Assembly: GCF_018977255.1 (NCBI RefSeq)
Contig: NW_024704742.1
Coordinates: forward strand, 46,688,001-46,752,000
DNA: 64,000 nucleotides
From: Callorhinchus milii
Taxonomy: Eukaryota
Direction: 5' to 3'
Made by a program: the position numbers and the translations under genes. This document shows, one piece after another, positions 52,963 through 64,000 of this stretch. Under the pieces are notes generated by a model. That model made no database searches. It worked only from the letters and a program-made list of their open reading frames with translations, and was not told where the DNA came from. Within the stretch, counting starts at the first letter, position 1, and every line of letters begins with the position of its first letter.

Positions 52963-53161
52963 TTATCATTATTTTTTGAAGGGATTATTACCCCCGGAAA
53001 GCGATCTGCCAATGAACTAACTACCAGGTTCCTACTAACTGATAGTTAAACAGAGGTGTGTGGAGTAAGGAAACTTGCCTAACGTTTCAGCCTGCTGGAA
53101 ATCAAACTCAGGTCCTCTCGCTTGTGAGGCGAGTGCTCTAATCACTAAGCTACAGGACTCC
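52670..53161 (-). mobile_element. tRNA-derived SINE, long form, containing a compound microsatellite; adjacent L2 3' end at 52231-52665 (+)
   Basis: Head at 53161, central segment 52990-53060, tail overlapping the L2 tail. Confidence 0.85.
52817..52964. repeat. Compound microsatellite (TATC)12(TATG)16(TATT)9
   Basis: Counted from the sequence. Confidence 0.95.
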
Positions 53162-53867
53162 CTATAACTATAATGAACCCTGCTTATAACAAACCCCCAG
53201 TTTTAATGATCCCAGTCTGATTTGTGCTATTCTTTGACAGCCAAACTCTAGTGAACACCCTGATATAGCAATCTTTTCTACTGGTTCCGATTGGGGTTTG
53301 TTATGGTGAGTTTCGAGTGTACTGTTTCTCTCAAATGATGTTTGACCACAATTTCAGTCAGCTTCCTATCCCCAACCAAATCCAACCCTCAGCTCGGATG
53401 CAAACCCTCATTCTGTTGTTGTTGTTGTAGTACATTTGTTGCTGCAAAAGTCTTCCAACGATTCCCTAACAGAATGACTGACCTCAGTGGACTTGCCTTC
53501 TTTGGGTCGAAGATGCTTATGGCTGGTACAAAGTCAGACAGGCCCAGAATAATCCAAGGCATGACTGGTGAACGACTCGCATATCTGGCTCATTAATAGG
53601 GATTAGATTTGCACAATCATGTTCTTAAAACTACAAACCAAAGAACCAGAATGGGACCTTTCTTTTCTGGTACATAAAGATGAGACTGGCATTCCACAAT
53701 GCAGTCTGCAGCCCTCAACCCCCATTTCCATGTACAACTGAAAATGTATATACAGATACTCCAATCTTGAGTACTGTGGCTGCTGCTCACTGCAGTTTCC
53801 TCTAGATTGGTGACTTGGTCTCTTACTGATTCTGACCATCTTGCGTCTCGTTACCTCCCTTCCTGGC

Positions 53868-54427
53868 CTGTGTGTATACAGGAGAGGCTGTGTGTATACA
53901 GGAGAGACATTGGGAGAGACTGTGTATTCAGTGAGAGACACTGGGAGAGGCTGTGTGTATACAGTGAGAGACACTGGCAGAGGCTGTGTGTATACAGGAG
54001 AGGCTGTGTGTACAGGAGAGACACTGGGAGAGGCTGTGTGTAAACAGGAGAGACATTGGGAGAGGCTGTGTGTATATAGGAGAGGCTGTGTGTACAGGAG
54101 AGACACTGGGAGAGGCTGTGTGTAAACAGGAGAGACATTGGGAGAGGCTGTGTGTATATAGGAGAGGCTGTGTGTACAGGAGAGACACTGGGAGAGGCTG
54201 TGTGTATACAGGAGAGGCTGTGTGTATACAGTGAGAGACATTGGGAGATGTTGTGTGTATACAGTGGGAGATACTGAAAGAGGCTGTGTGTATACAGGAG
54301 AGGCTGTGTGTACAGGAGAGACACTGGAAGAGGCTGTGTGTATACAGTGAGAGACATTGGGAGAGGCTGTGTGTACAGGAGAGGCTGTGTGTACAGGAGA
54401 GACACTGGGAGAAGCTGTGTGTATACA
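53868..54427. repeat. Minisatellite of interleaved GAGAGGCTGTGTGTA(TA)CAG and GAGAGACAYTGG units
   Basis: Directly visible. Confidence 0.95.
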
Positions 54428-55724
54428 TGCCTGATAATAATCCCTCACAATAATGATTTGGTCACTCAATCCACGACTGTTTGTGGGACACTGCAGTGCG
54501 CAATTGGCTGCCGAGTTTCGTCCACGTATATACAGTCAATTCACTTTAAAGAATATTCTGTGAAGCGTTTTGAGACGTCTAGAAGGTGTGACAAGCGCTA
54601 TATCAGATGCAAGGATTATTACTTGTTTTCCTGTACTGTTCTATCTAACCTGCTACCTCATGTGAGTATGGGCATTGTTTCATGTAGGAGTGGCAACGGG
54701 TTCAAGGATGCTGGAAATGGGTAACCGATATACAACGTAGATATCAAATATAATTTATATTGTATATTAACCAGCCTTGTGTATTCAGAGAGACCCACTG
54801 TAAAGACATTGAAAGATATACTTTTGCCTACATTTTTGGAATAAATAATATAATAATAATAATCTCTGCTTTTGATACAGTGCCTTATCACATGGAAATG
54901 CCTCAAATCACTTCATAGCTTACTGTAAAGTGCAGTGACTGTGTAGGCAAATGGGACAGCTGATTTATGTAAAGCTAATGTCCTACAGAGAGCCATGAAG
55001 TCAATAACATTTTTTTTTCGTTTGGGGATTATTGGCCAGACCATCAGAAGAAACTCCCTTCTCTTTTCAAATACTGCCTTGGGATCTTTGACATCCACCT
55101 CATTGATGTCCATCTGAACAGACAGCATCACAACCAATGCAGCACTCCTCCAGCAGTGCACTGAGGTGTCAGCCAATGCTATAAGCTCAAAGTCCTGAGG
55201 TGGGGCTTGAATCTTCACAACTTTCTGACTCAGAGGGGAGAGTGCTACTAAACAAGCCAGGGTTACACACAAAGTGGTGCAAAAAAAAGAACAGTTTGTG
55301 CTTTGTGCACTTGATGATAATCTTTGCATTTGGTATATCACCTTTCACATCGGGATGATGTCTCAAAGCACTCCACAGGATTTTATTTCAAAGTGTAGTG
55401 ACTGTGTGTTTGTAGAGAAATTTTGTATTTAAATGTATAAAGTAATAATGGAGCCTATAGCAAGAATTTTGATGTAGTATTTGGCTCCCAGACAATAAGA
55501 GACGTTCTTTGCCCCACTCCTTCCTCTCTTTCAATTTGAGATAAAGTTAAGAGAGCTGTCAGCCTGGCTCAATTGATAGCAGTCTCAGCTCTGAGTCAGA
55601 AGGTTATAGGTTCAAGCTTCACAATAGGACACGGAGCTCAGGGCCTAGGCTGACACTGCAATATAGTGCTGGGGGAGCACTGCATTGTTAAAGGTGATGT
55701 CTTTGGATGAGACATTAAACCATA

Positions 55725-56269
55725 ATAATAATCCTTTTATTTGATATAGAACCTTATCACGTCTTCAAGATGTCTCAAAGCGCTTCACAGAATACACTGC
55801 AAAGTGTATATTTTGAGGGTGAAACGTGGCAGCCAAATGCACCATAATGTCCCACAAAAAGTCATGGATTGAGTGACAATCTACGACTGTTTATGGGACA
55901 TTGCTGTGGGACATTGCTGTGCTCAATTGGCTGCCACATTCGCCCACAAATATAGTCAATTCACTTTACAGTGTGTTCTGTGAAGCGCTTTGGGACGTCC
56001 TCCCGACATGAAAAGCGCTATATTAAATGCAAGGATTATTATTATTATTATCACAAAATTATTTATTCATTAATTTATTTTTTGACGGGTTTAATATCCT
56101 CGGAAAAGCGATTCGCCATTCGACTAACAACCGGATACCTACTTAATGCTAGGTAAACAGAAGCGTGTGGAGTAAGGAAACGTGCCTAACGTTTAGCCGT
56201 GCCTGGGAATCAAACCCACGTCCTCTCGCTCGCGAGGCGATGCTCTAATCACTGAGCTACAGGACTCCA
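55725..56269 (-). mobile_element. Long-form SINE with an inverted SINE 3' half nested at 55877-56051
   Basis: Minus-strand tail, plus-strand body and tail, then minus-strand central segment and head. Confidence 0.85.
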
Positions 56270-56529
56270 CAAGATCCCAAGGAACTGTTCAAAAAGTGAA
56301 GCAAGTGTGCACAGCAATGTGAGCCGAAGGAGTGAGTGAGCAACTTTATTTGGAGGATTGGTAGCCAAGACACCGTGAAAAATTCTCTTCTCTTTTCGAA
56401 TAGTGCCCTGGATCTTTAACATCCACCTAAACAGGCAGACAGGACTCGGTTTAACGTAATTTAACAATGGCACCTCTGACAATGCAACACACCCCCAGCA
56501 CTGCATTGAAGTGTCATTTTAGTCACACC

Positions 56530-56704
56530 TGACATATTCAAGACTGAGATAGATGTATTTCTTATTGCAAAAGGATTAAGGGATATGGGGATAAGGCAGG
56601 GTCAGGTTATTAGCTGGAGTTAGATTAGAAAATCAGCCACGTTTGAATGGCGGGGCAGGCTCGAAGGGCCGAATGGCCTACTCCTGCTCCTACATGTTAT
56701 GTTA
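56530..56704 (+). mobile_element. CR1 3' end (same subfamily as 15025-19307) inside a minus-strand DeuSINE (~56300-56790)
   Basis: Near-identical to 19135-19307. Confidence 0.88.
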
Positions 56705-59139
56705 GACTATATGATTCCATATCCCAACATGCGACTTGAACCCACAATCTTCTGACACAGAGGACAGAGTGCCACCACTGTACCAGGCTGACGCATGAAA
56801 AAAACGACAGGAGGCGCTTTTCTGTGTCCACATCACCACTGTATTAAATGAGGACATATCCAGAGCCAAGCTGTAGTTTTACCATCTCTACACCATGAAC
56901 CATTATTAGAGTGCACTGAAAAGGATTGGTGGACCCCTAGTGAAAAAAGAATTGAAAATTTTCAGGACGTTATTTTTCCTGTGAAGATGGAATCACGGCT
57001 GAAAACAGTTCACAGCAGATGAGTGGCCATAGAGTGGGTTAAAGGTGACCATTCCCAAAACACAGAAGAGAACTGAGTTAACTAAAAGTAGAAATATTTA
57101 TCAGTAAAAATTAGTTTAAAAACTTGAATGGTCCTTAATATCTTGTCCGATTGTGTGACTGTACTTTTAACAAAACCCGACTATAAAAGTAATTATTCAA
57201 GCCAATACCATATCTCAAAGTCAGCAATTATATAGCTCACAACACGTATAAAATATGCTATTGTATGCCAAACTTTTATGAAAGCTCCCTCCCAGAAATC
57301 TAAAACTTAATCTATCTGAAAAAAATTGCTCTAAGCGCTCAACTCAAATACCAGATATTAATTTTCCTTTGCACCTGCTGCATTACACACTTAATCGCCC
57401 AGATGTTGTCAAACCCAGATTTGTACTGAGCCACATGTGTAGCTCATGAACAACATGTGTGACCCACACCAGTCGAAAAATTAAACAAGTCACAGAATTT
57501 CCTACGCAAGATTTATTTATAAGCATGACGTAGTCTTTCTCAGTGAAGACAACACCAAGGATACCACATAGACAGCAGCAAAACTCAAACATAGGAAAAT
57601 ATTAGCAGTATAAATCAAAGCAAGACATTAGTGTGAGATTTGACAGTTGTATTTCTCAACCAATTTCTGAAAATTAGATCAAAATGATTGTGCAACCAGA
57701 CAGTGCCGTTCTTCCGCTAAATGTTTGTTTGGCAAGAGAGATCAGCATTTTCCTTTGATGAATATGCAGAAAAGATCAATTCACGGAGAATTTTATAAAT
57801 ATGAATACAAAGATATGTTTTCAAATATGAATTTTCAAAAAGCTTGACTAGAGACATTTTTATCACATACATTTAATGTGTTTAAATAGCCATCCCTGTG
57901 TCTTTGTAAGAAAATTGTCAATGCGAATTACGACCCATGTTTTCTACTGAAGCTGAGGTGGCTGTGAGCCACACTGAGACTTTGTGGTTTGATAACACTG
58001 TCCCAGATCATGGCAGGTTGTGGGATATTGTCCTGCCACATTGACCTACAAATATATTTGACAGCAACTTCCTGGAAACACTTCAAAATGTTAACATTAT
58101 AAACAACCCCTTGTATTTATATATGGGTGGGGTAGATGAGGTAGGTTTTAAGGTGGGATTTGAAGATAGATAAAGGAGGTATGAGGCAAGGAGTTTCTAG
58201 AGGCTGTGGGGGTGTAATGGCAGAAGCTTGCCCACCGATTGCGAGGCTGAATAGGCAAGGGAAGTACAGCAAGCCTGTGTTAGCCGAGCGGAGAGCACAG
58301 ACAGAAGATTGGGGTACAGGGAGATGGAGAGATGCGATACCAACTGCAAGGATTATTATTACTTTCCATTGTCAGCAGCCTCCACTTCGCTGTCACACTG
58401 ACTGATGGACGGTTCGTCACTAACACAAACGATTAAAGTAACATGAATGCATATCACAACCTAACAGATGGTCTGAGATTCATTACAGATTTACTACTTC
58501 ATCAGAGAGGGGCTGAAATTCAACACAAAAACAAATGAGCAACCCCAATTCATTTGAATCCGTAGGAATCTTGTCAATGTGAAGAAAAGAACATTATCAT
58601 CAAGCTGGTCAGTGTTAAACTAAATCCTACATTGCTCCCACTATCAATCCCCTCAAATTGATTTCTTCACCAAATAGCTATTTAATCCCTTCATGAATTT
58701 GCTGAGACATTTTCCCTCCCTTCCCCCATAGCTAGAATAATTTACATATTCATTGCTCTGTTCACTTTCTCTCTTCGAGGTTGGAGTCCGTTCCCACTTG
58801 CAGTGTGTGCTACGATATGAAACACATTATTAGGGTTCAGTGCCAGAGGCATCTCTTCTCCAATGTGATGAATCTAAATTTCCCCAGCCTCTAATTCAAG
58901 TGGGGTAAGCCCAGTGCTCTGTACATATTCAGTTCTGTGATTTATTCTCTAATCCTTTTGTTATTCACTCCAATATGTAGTTTGCTCTCTTAGTTGCTCA
59001 TGCACACTGTGTTGATGGTTCCAGTGATTCAGAAAAGGAGCTCTTCAAGTAATAAGGTACTTCACTGCAATCGTTGAATAGGTAAAACCATTAAACTACA
59101 CTCATTTCATAATAAGAACTTAACTCCGACTGTCCATTT

Positions 59140-60400
59140 ACAAGTGCTAGAATACAGAATTGGCACCCAATTTTGCTCACACCTTGCCTCCCATTCCCTT
59201 CTCATGCCCTTACAGTCTGATTCCTCTCCTCTGACAGCACTGAGACAGCGTTCGTCAAGGTTACAAATGATGTCCTCTGTCTCTATCACCGGCTTCCTTT
59301 GTCTCTTTGTCCTCCTGGATTTCTCTGCTGCTTTTGACACAGTGGACTATGCCATCCTCCTCTCCTCCCTCATCCATCTCAAAATATTTCATCCACAAAA
59401 TATAGTCAATTGACTTTACAGTTTATTTTGTGAAGCGGTTTGAGGCGTCTCAACGACATGATAAGGTCCTATATCAAATACAAGGATTATTGTTATTATC
59501 TCAGTGGAACCAAACTCTCCTGGTTCAAGTTCTACTTGAGCACCGCCACCATTTTGTCTCCTGTAATGGTTTTTCCTTCCTGTGGTTTACCCCCAAAGCT
59601 CTATTCTCAGAAGATCCTTTTTTCTCATTTACAGGCTCCCTCTTGGCGATATCAACCTCAGACATGAAGTCACTTTTCCACATATTTGCGGATGACAAAT
59701 TAATTTATCCTCCTCTAGTCACGACCCCAGTCCTACCAACGTTCTGACTGCCTACTTGTCAGACATCAAGGTCTGGATAAGTGCCAACTTTCTGCAGCTG
59801 AGCCTTAGCTCCTGTCAACGTCTTCTCATCAGCGGTTCTGAACCCCTTAACTTCCCTGCCTATCCCTCAAGACTAATTGAACCCATACACAATTTTGGTG
59901 TTAGGTTCAATCCCGTTATTCTTCCTATTCCACATCCCATACCTGAGCAGGACTACCTTCCTCTACCTCCACCACATCACCCGCCTTCGCCCCATCTTAG
60001 TTCAAATGCTGCTGAAACCCTCATTCATACGTTTGACACCTCCTGCATTGATCCAGTGCACTCTTCGCCGGTTTCCCCTGCTTCATTATTAACTAGACCC
60101 AAATGATTCAAAACTTTTCTGCCCGTATCCTTTACCCTTACCAGGCTCTGCACTCCAATTATCCCAGTCCTTGGCAGCTCCACTGGCTTCCTGTTGCAGA
60201 ACAGATCAATTTCAAGATCCTCACTCTCATTTTCAAATCACTTCAAGCCCTGGCATCTCCCTACCTCTCCAACCAGCTCACATCCCACTTCTCTACCTGT
60301 CGCCTTCACTCAGCTGGCTTAGATCTTCGGGATGTCCCCGACCCCTTCGGCTCCAATTCGCTATCCAAATGAAGGGCACTGAATAACTGCAAGTTGTTGT
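59140..60400 (+). mobile_element. Old L2 fragment with a nested SINE tail (~59385-59500)
   Basis: [16 protein letters not shown] and LHWLPV motifs. Confidence 0.8.
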
Positions 60401-61939
60401 GGTTACAGCACTCCATTGAAAAATTACAATCTCATATTCCCTTCCGAGCATCTTCTCAACTGTGAAATTAACAATTCACAATGGTTTACCCCAGAGAGTA
60501 GTGGTCAGCACGTTGGCCTTTACAAGTGAAAGATCCAGAAATGGGAATACTAATCTGAGGGTTGCTGTGCCCCATGCTAGGAAACTAGTTAAAACCTAGT
60601 TACCAAATGTTAATATTTTCCCCCCCAAAATACAGTCAATCCACTTTACAATATATTCTGTGCAGCACTTTGAGACATCTCACGACATAATAAGGCGAAG
60701 TGAAATACAAGGATTATTACATAAATTATTATTAAATATTCCTGATCTGACTGCTTTTTTTAAAAAAGAGACAGGTTTTTTTAGATCATAGTACCTAAGG
60801 AAATGAACTGGAGAGGGTGTAGTAGGAGAAGTAACTCACATTACTTTTGTTTTTGTCCCTTCAGGAGTGCTGGCCGAACGTAACTCTGAGTTGCTGGGTC
60901 CGCAATATTCCACAGGCGGATACTATCCTGTCTGAATCCGTCCTAGCAACTTCAAAACATCCAGTCAAATTCCTGAGCGGATAGCTGACTTTCACTTTCT
61001 ACACATCTCTCTCTCTCTCTCTCTCCCACACACTAACATCCAGCCTTTATTTAAAGGGCAAGCCTCATCATCAAGAAACAGAAGTATGATTAACATTATT
61101 TTATGTTGTCTGATTTTTATGAATATTAAGCAAGCAGTAGTCAGACGTACTGCCTTAAATGAGGTTCTGGGCCGGACTGTGGAAGGTAACAAATGCAAAC
61201 CTACGGTGCTTTCAGAATGGTTTTAAAAGATTATCTGTAAGTGACGAAGTTTTAATCACATTTCTTTATGACAAGTCTTTTTATTAAAGATTCTAATGAG
61301 ACACCCAATCTCTGTCTATGATGGAGCATTTTTTTTAAACTGGAAGTTCTAGGTGTGCTCAGTGTCTGCAGTAAAAAAATAAGATTCGCGTTTACAAGTG
61401 GAAAGAGGGGAACATGTAATAAATTAAGCAATAATATGAGTAGCCTCTGTATTCAGAGATATTAGCAAAGGTAATAATGCCTCACTACGGGTACGGTCTG
61501 CTGTTCTTTATCCTGGTCATTTTAAAACCACAAGACAGGGTAGGTTTTTTTCAACACAATATTTTTTAAAAAATAGAATCACTTTAATAAAGAAACTTCA
61601 TAAATTATTTTGCTGATTGCTTCTAAATCTATTGCAAAACTTCTGATCATACTTCCACAGCACTGACACTTTCACTTTGACACTGACACTTTGAGGCTTC
61701 CTTTCAACGTGAAGAAAGTTTATTTTTTTATTTTTTAATAATAATAATGTGTTATTATTTGATTTTTTTAAATTGCTTGATAGTGATTTCCTTTGAAGGT
61801 CATGTAATCTCTACCAACTACTACAGAAACGTTTCAGAGGTGTGCAAAGTTGAAGAGGGGTGCGGGGGAGGAAGCAAAGCCAGGCTTGTTAGTCACCTCC
61901 ACAGAGACAGACAGACATAACAGACATTTCTCTCAATAA

Positions 61940-62194
61940 CCCAGGCAGAGCGAAACCTTGGGCAAGTTTCCTTCCTCCACACACTTAATAATAATCCCTC
62001 CAAAACCCAAAACAATAATAAATTGGTCATTTTCAATCCACGACTGTTTGTGGGACACTACTGTGCGCAATTGGCTGCCGCGTTCGCCCACAAACATACA
62101 GTCAATTCACTTTACAGTGTGTTCTGTGAAGCGCTTTGGGACGTCCTCCCGACGTGAAAAGCGCTATATCGAATGCAAGGATTATTATTATTAT
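61940..62194 (+). mobile_element. tRNA-Ala-derived SINE, 5'-truncated short form
   Basis: Body and tail match other copies. Confidence 0.88.
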
Positions 62195-62540
62195 TGTAAC
62201 ATCGGTTTCATTACACAAAAGCCCAGGTAAAGAGAGTGCCAAATTGGAAAGAAAAAAAAAGGACAATCTGGTTACACAGCTGAGCCAAAGCACTTTCCCC
62301 CACTCACACACACACACACACAGTGAGTGAGTGAGAGTGAGTGAGTGTGAGTTCTCCTGTAGGGCACTGCATTAGCTGCTGAACTCCACTGTAAAGTTTT
62401 GCAAAACTTTGTGGCCCAGCCTTGGAGCTTTTGAGGAGAGTTGTATTTTAATGACAGTACTTTCTTGCACACAGTTCTCTGGCTGATGGGGGGGGGTGGG
62501 GGTGGGGGGGTGGGGGTGGGGGGGGGGGATGGAAACCTAC

Positions 62541-62880
62541 CTGAACACACAGCTGGTGAGTGTGGGTGTCCCTCTGGGGCTGTGAAGTCTGTCTCACTTA
62601 TTGCAACGACTGGAAACCCTCCAAACACAACAGCAGCAGGAAATCTGACTGTGTGTGTGTGGACACTGAGTGTCACTCACTGCACCTCCCACTCCCACTC
62701 CCAGGGCTCCTGGGGGCGTTGGTTTGGTATTTACTCTCTCTCTCTCTCTCTCTTTCTCTCACTTTTTCTTTCTCTCTCCCCGGAATTTCTCCCGTTTTGA
62801 CCAGGTTCAGCCTCCGCTGCACTGAGCGAGTGAGCGAGTGAGAGAGAGGCAGGAAACGCAGTCAGGGACTGGGAGGAGCA
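62541..62880 (-). other. ARAP2: Candidate non-coding exon 1 of ARAP2 (TSS uncertain)
   Basis: Strong donor CAG|GTAGGT at 62541/62540, with an alternative CA|GTGAGT at 62681. No ATG in the interval. GC/CpG content rises toward 62900. Exon 2 has an acceptor upstream of its ATG, so an upstream exon is required. Confidence 0.5.
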
Positions 62881-62900
62881 GCTCCTGGGGGCGCCCCGCC
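62780..62900 (-). promoter_or_regulatory. Putative ARAP2 core promoter (GC-box-like and ETS-like sites)
   Basis: Local CpG cluster. GCGCCCCGCC at 62891-62900 and CAGGAAA at 62850-62856; no TATA box seen. Confidence 0.4.
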
Positions 62901-62902
62901 TT

Positions 62903-64000
62903 CACAGCACAGCCCAGCACAGACCAGCACAGCCCAGACCAGCACCAACACCAGCACAGCCCAGCACAGCACAGCACAGCCCAGCACAGCCCAGCACAGC
63001 CCAGCACAGACCAGCACAGCCCAACACAGCACAGACCAGCACAGCCCAGCACAGCACCAACACAGCACAGACCAGCACAGCACAGCACAGCCCAGCACAG
63101 CACAACACAGACCAGCACAGCCCAGCACAGCCCAGACCAGCCCAGCCCAGCACCAACACCAGCACAGCACAGACCAGCACAGCACAGCACAGCCCAGCAC
63201 AGCACAACACAGACCAGCACAGCCCAGCACAGCCCAGACCAGCCCAGCCCAGCACCAACACCAGCACAGCACAGACCAGCACAGCACAGACCAGCACAGC
63301 ACAGACCAGCACAGCACAGACCAGCACAGCACAGACCAGCCCAGCCCAGCACAGCACAGACCAGCACAGCACAGCCCAGCACAGCACAGACCAGCACAAC
63401 ACAGCACAGCACAGACCAGCACAACACAGCACAGACCAGCACAGCCCAACACAGCACAGCCCAGCACAGCCCAACACAGCACAGCCCAGCACAGCCCAAC
63501 ACAGCACAGCCCAACACAGCACAGACCAGCACAGCCCAGCACCAACACCAGCACAGCACAGACCAGCACAACACCAGCACAGCACAGACCAGCACAACAC
63601 CAACACAGCACAGACCAGCACAACACCAACACCAGCACAGCCCAACACAGACCGGCACAGCCCAACACCAGCACAGCACAGACCAGCACAGCCCAACACA
63701 ACACAGACCAGCACAGCCCAACACAGCACAGACCAGCACAGCCCAACACAACACAGCACAGACCAGCACAGCCCAACACAGCACAGACCAGCACAGCCCA
63801 ACACAGCACAGCCCAACACAGCACAGACCAGCACAGCCCAACACAGCACAGACCAGCACAGCCCAGCACCAACACCAGACAGCACAGACCAGCACAGCCC
63901 AACACAGCACAGCACAGACCAGCACAGCCCAACACAGACCAGCACAGCCCAGCACCAGCACAGACCAGCACAACACCAACACAGCACAGACGAGCCCAAC
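62903..64000. repeat. Pentamer-based satellite (CAGCA/CAGCC/CAGAC/CAACA)n, runs off the window end
   Basis: Directly visible; no T seen on the + strand; contains a 102-bp higher-order duplication. Confidence 0.97.

Larger units (their letters stand above)
52184..53319. mobile_element. Tigger-like MITE split by L2 and SINE insertions
   Basis: TA|CAGTGGAACTTCACTATA ... TATGGTGAGTTTCGAGTG|TA: degenerate TIRs with TA on both sides. Confidence 0.55.

Noticed and set aside
53868..54427. CRISPR-like repeat/spacer array
   Set aside because: The intervening units are themselves repeated, there are no unique spacers, and the context is vertebrate with no cas genes.
53603..54469. Long ORFs with HTASPV/YTQPLL repeats
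   Set aside because: Translation of the minisatellite; the same motifs appear in every frame.
62807..63999. Three 365-391 aa Cys/Trp/Leu-rich ORFs (keratin-associated or metallothionein-like appearance)
   Set aside because: The strand lacks A, so stop codons are impossible; all three frames give the same periodic peptide and start at non-ATG codons.

Overview
Vertebrate (cartilaginous fish, probably holocephalan/elephant-shark-like) genomic DNA holding the 5' part of ARAP2 on the minus strand. I reconstruct a candidate non-coding exon 1/promoter at ~62.5-62.9 kb, a ~31 kb first intron, the SAM-domain exon (31495-30394) and five further coding exons (20600-20521, 13825-13752, 12998-12916, 10387-10034, 2997-2928). 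These splice in frame to 527 codons and end in the first PH domain; the gene continues beyond position 1. The rest is intronic and dense in transposable elements: one near full-length dead CR1 LINE, many L2 fragments, several tRNA-derived SINE families sharing the L2 3' stem-loop, DeuSINEs, two Tigger-like MITEs, Helitron-like pieces and Penelope-like ends. No clearly new protein system is visible. The best leads are RNA/DNA-structural: a decayed minimal hammerhead ribozyme, near-identical inverted L2s bracketing exons 2-6 (circRNA candidate), a leader with seven upstream AUGs, a CR1 inserted into a Helitron-like terminal hairpin, and a T-free, switch-region-like pentamer satellite abutting the promoter. 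Repeat family names and human ARAP2 comparisons are from recall, not database searches; repeat boundaries are approximate.
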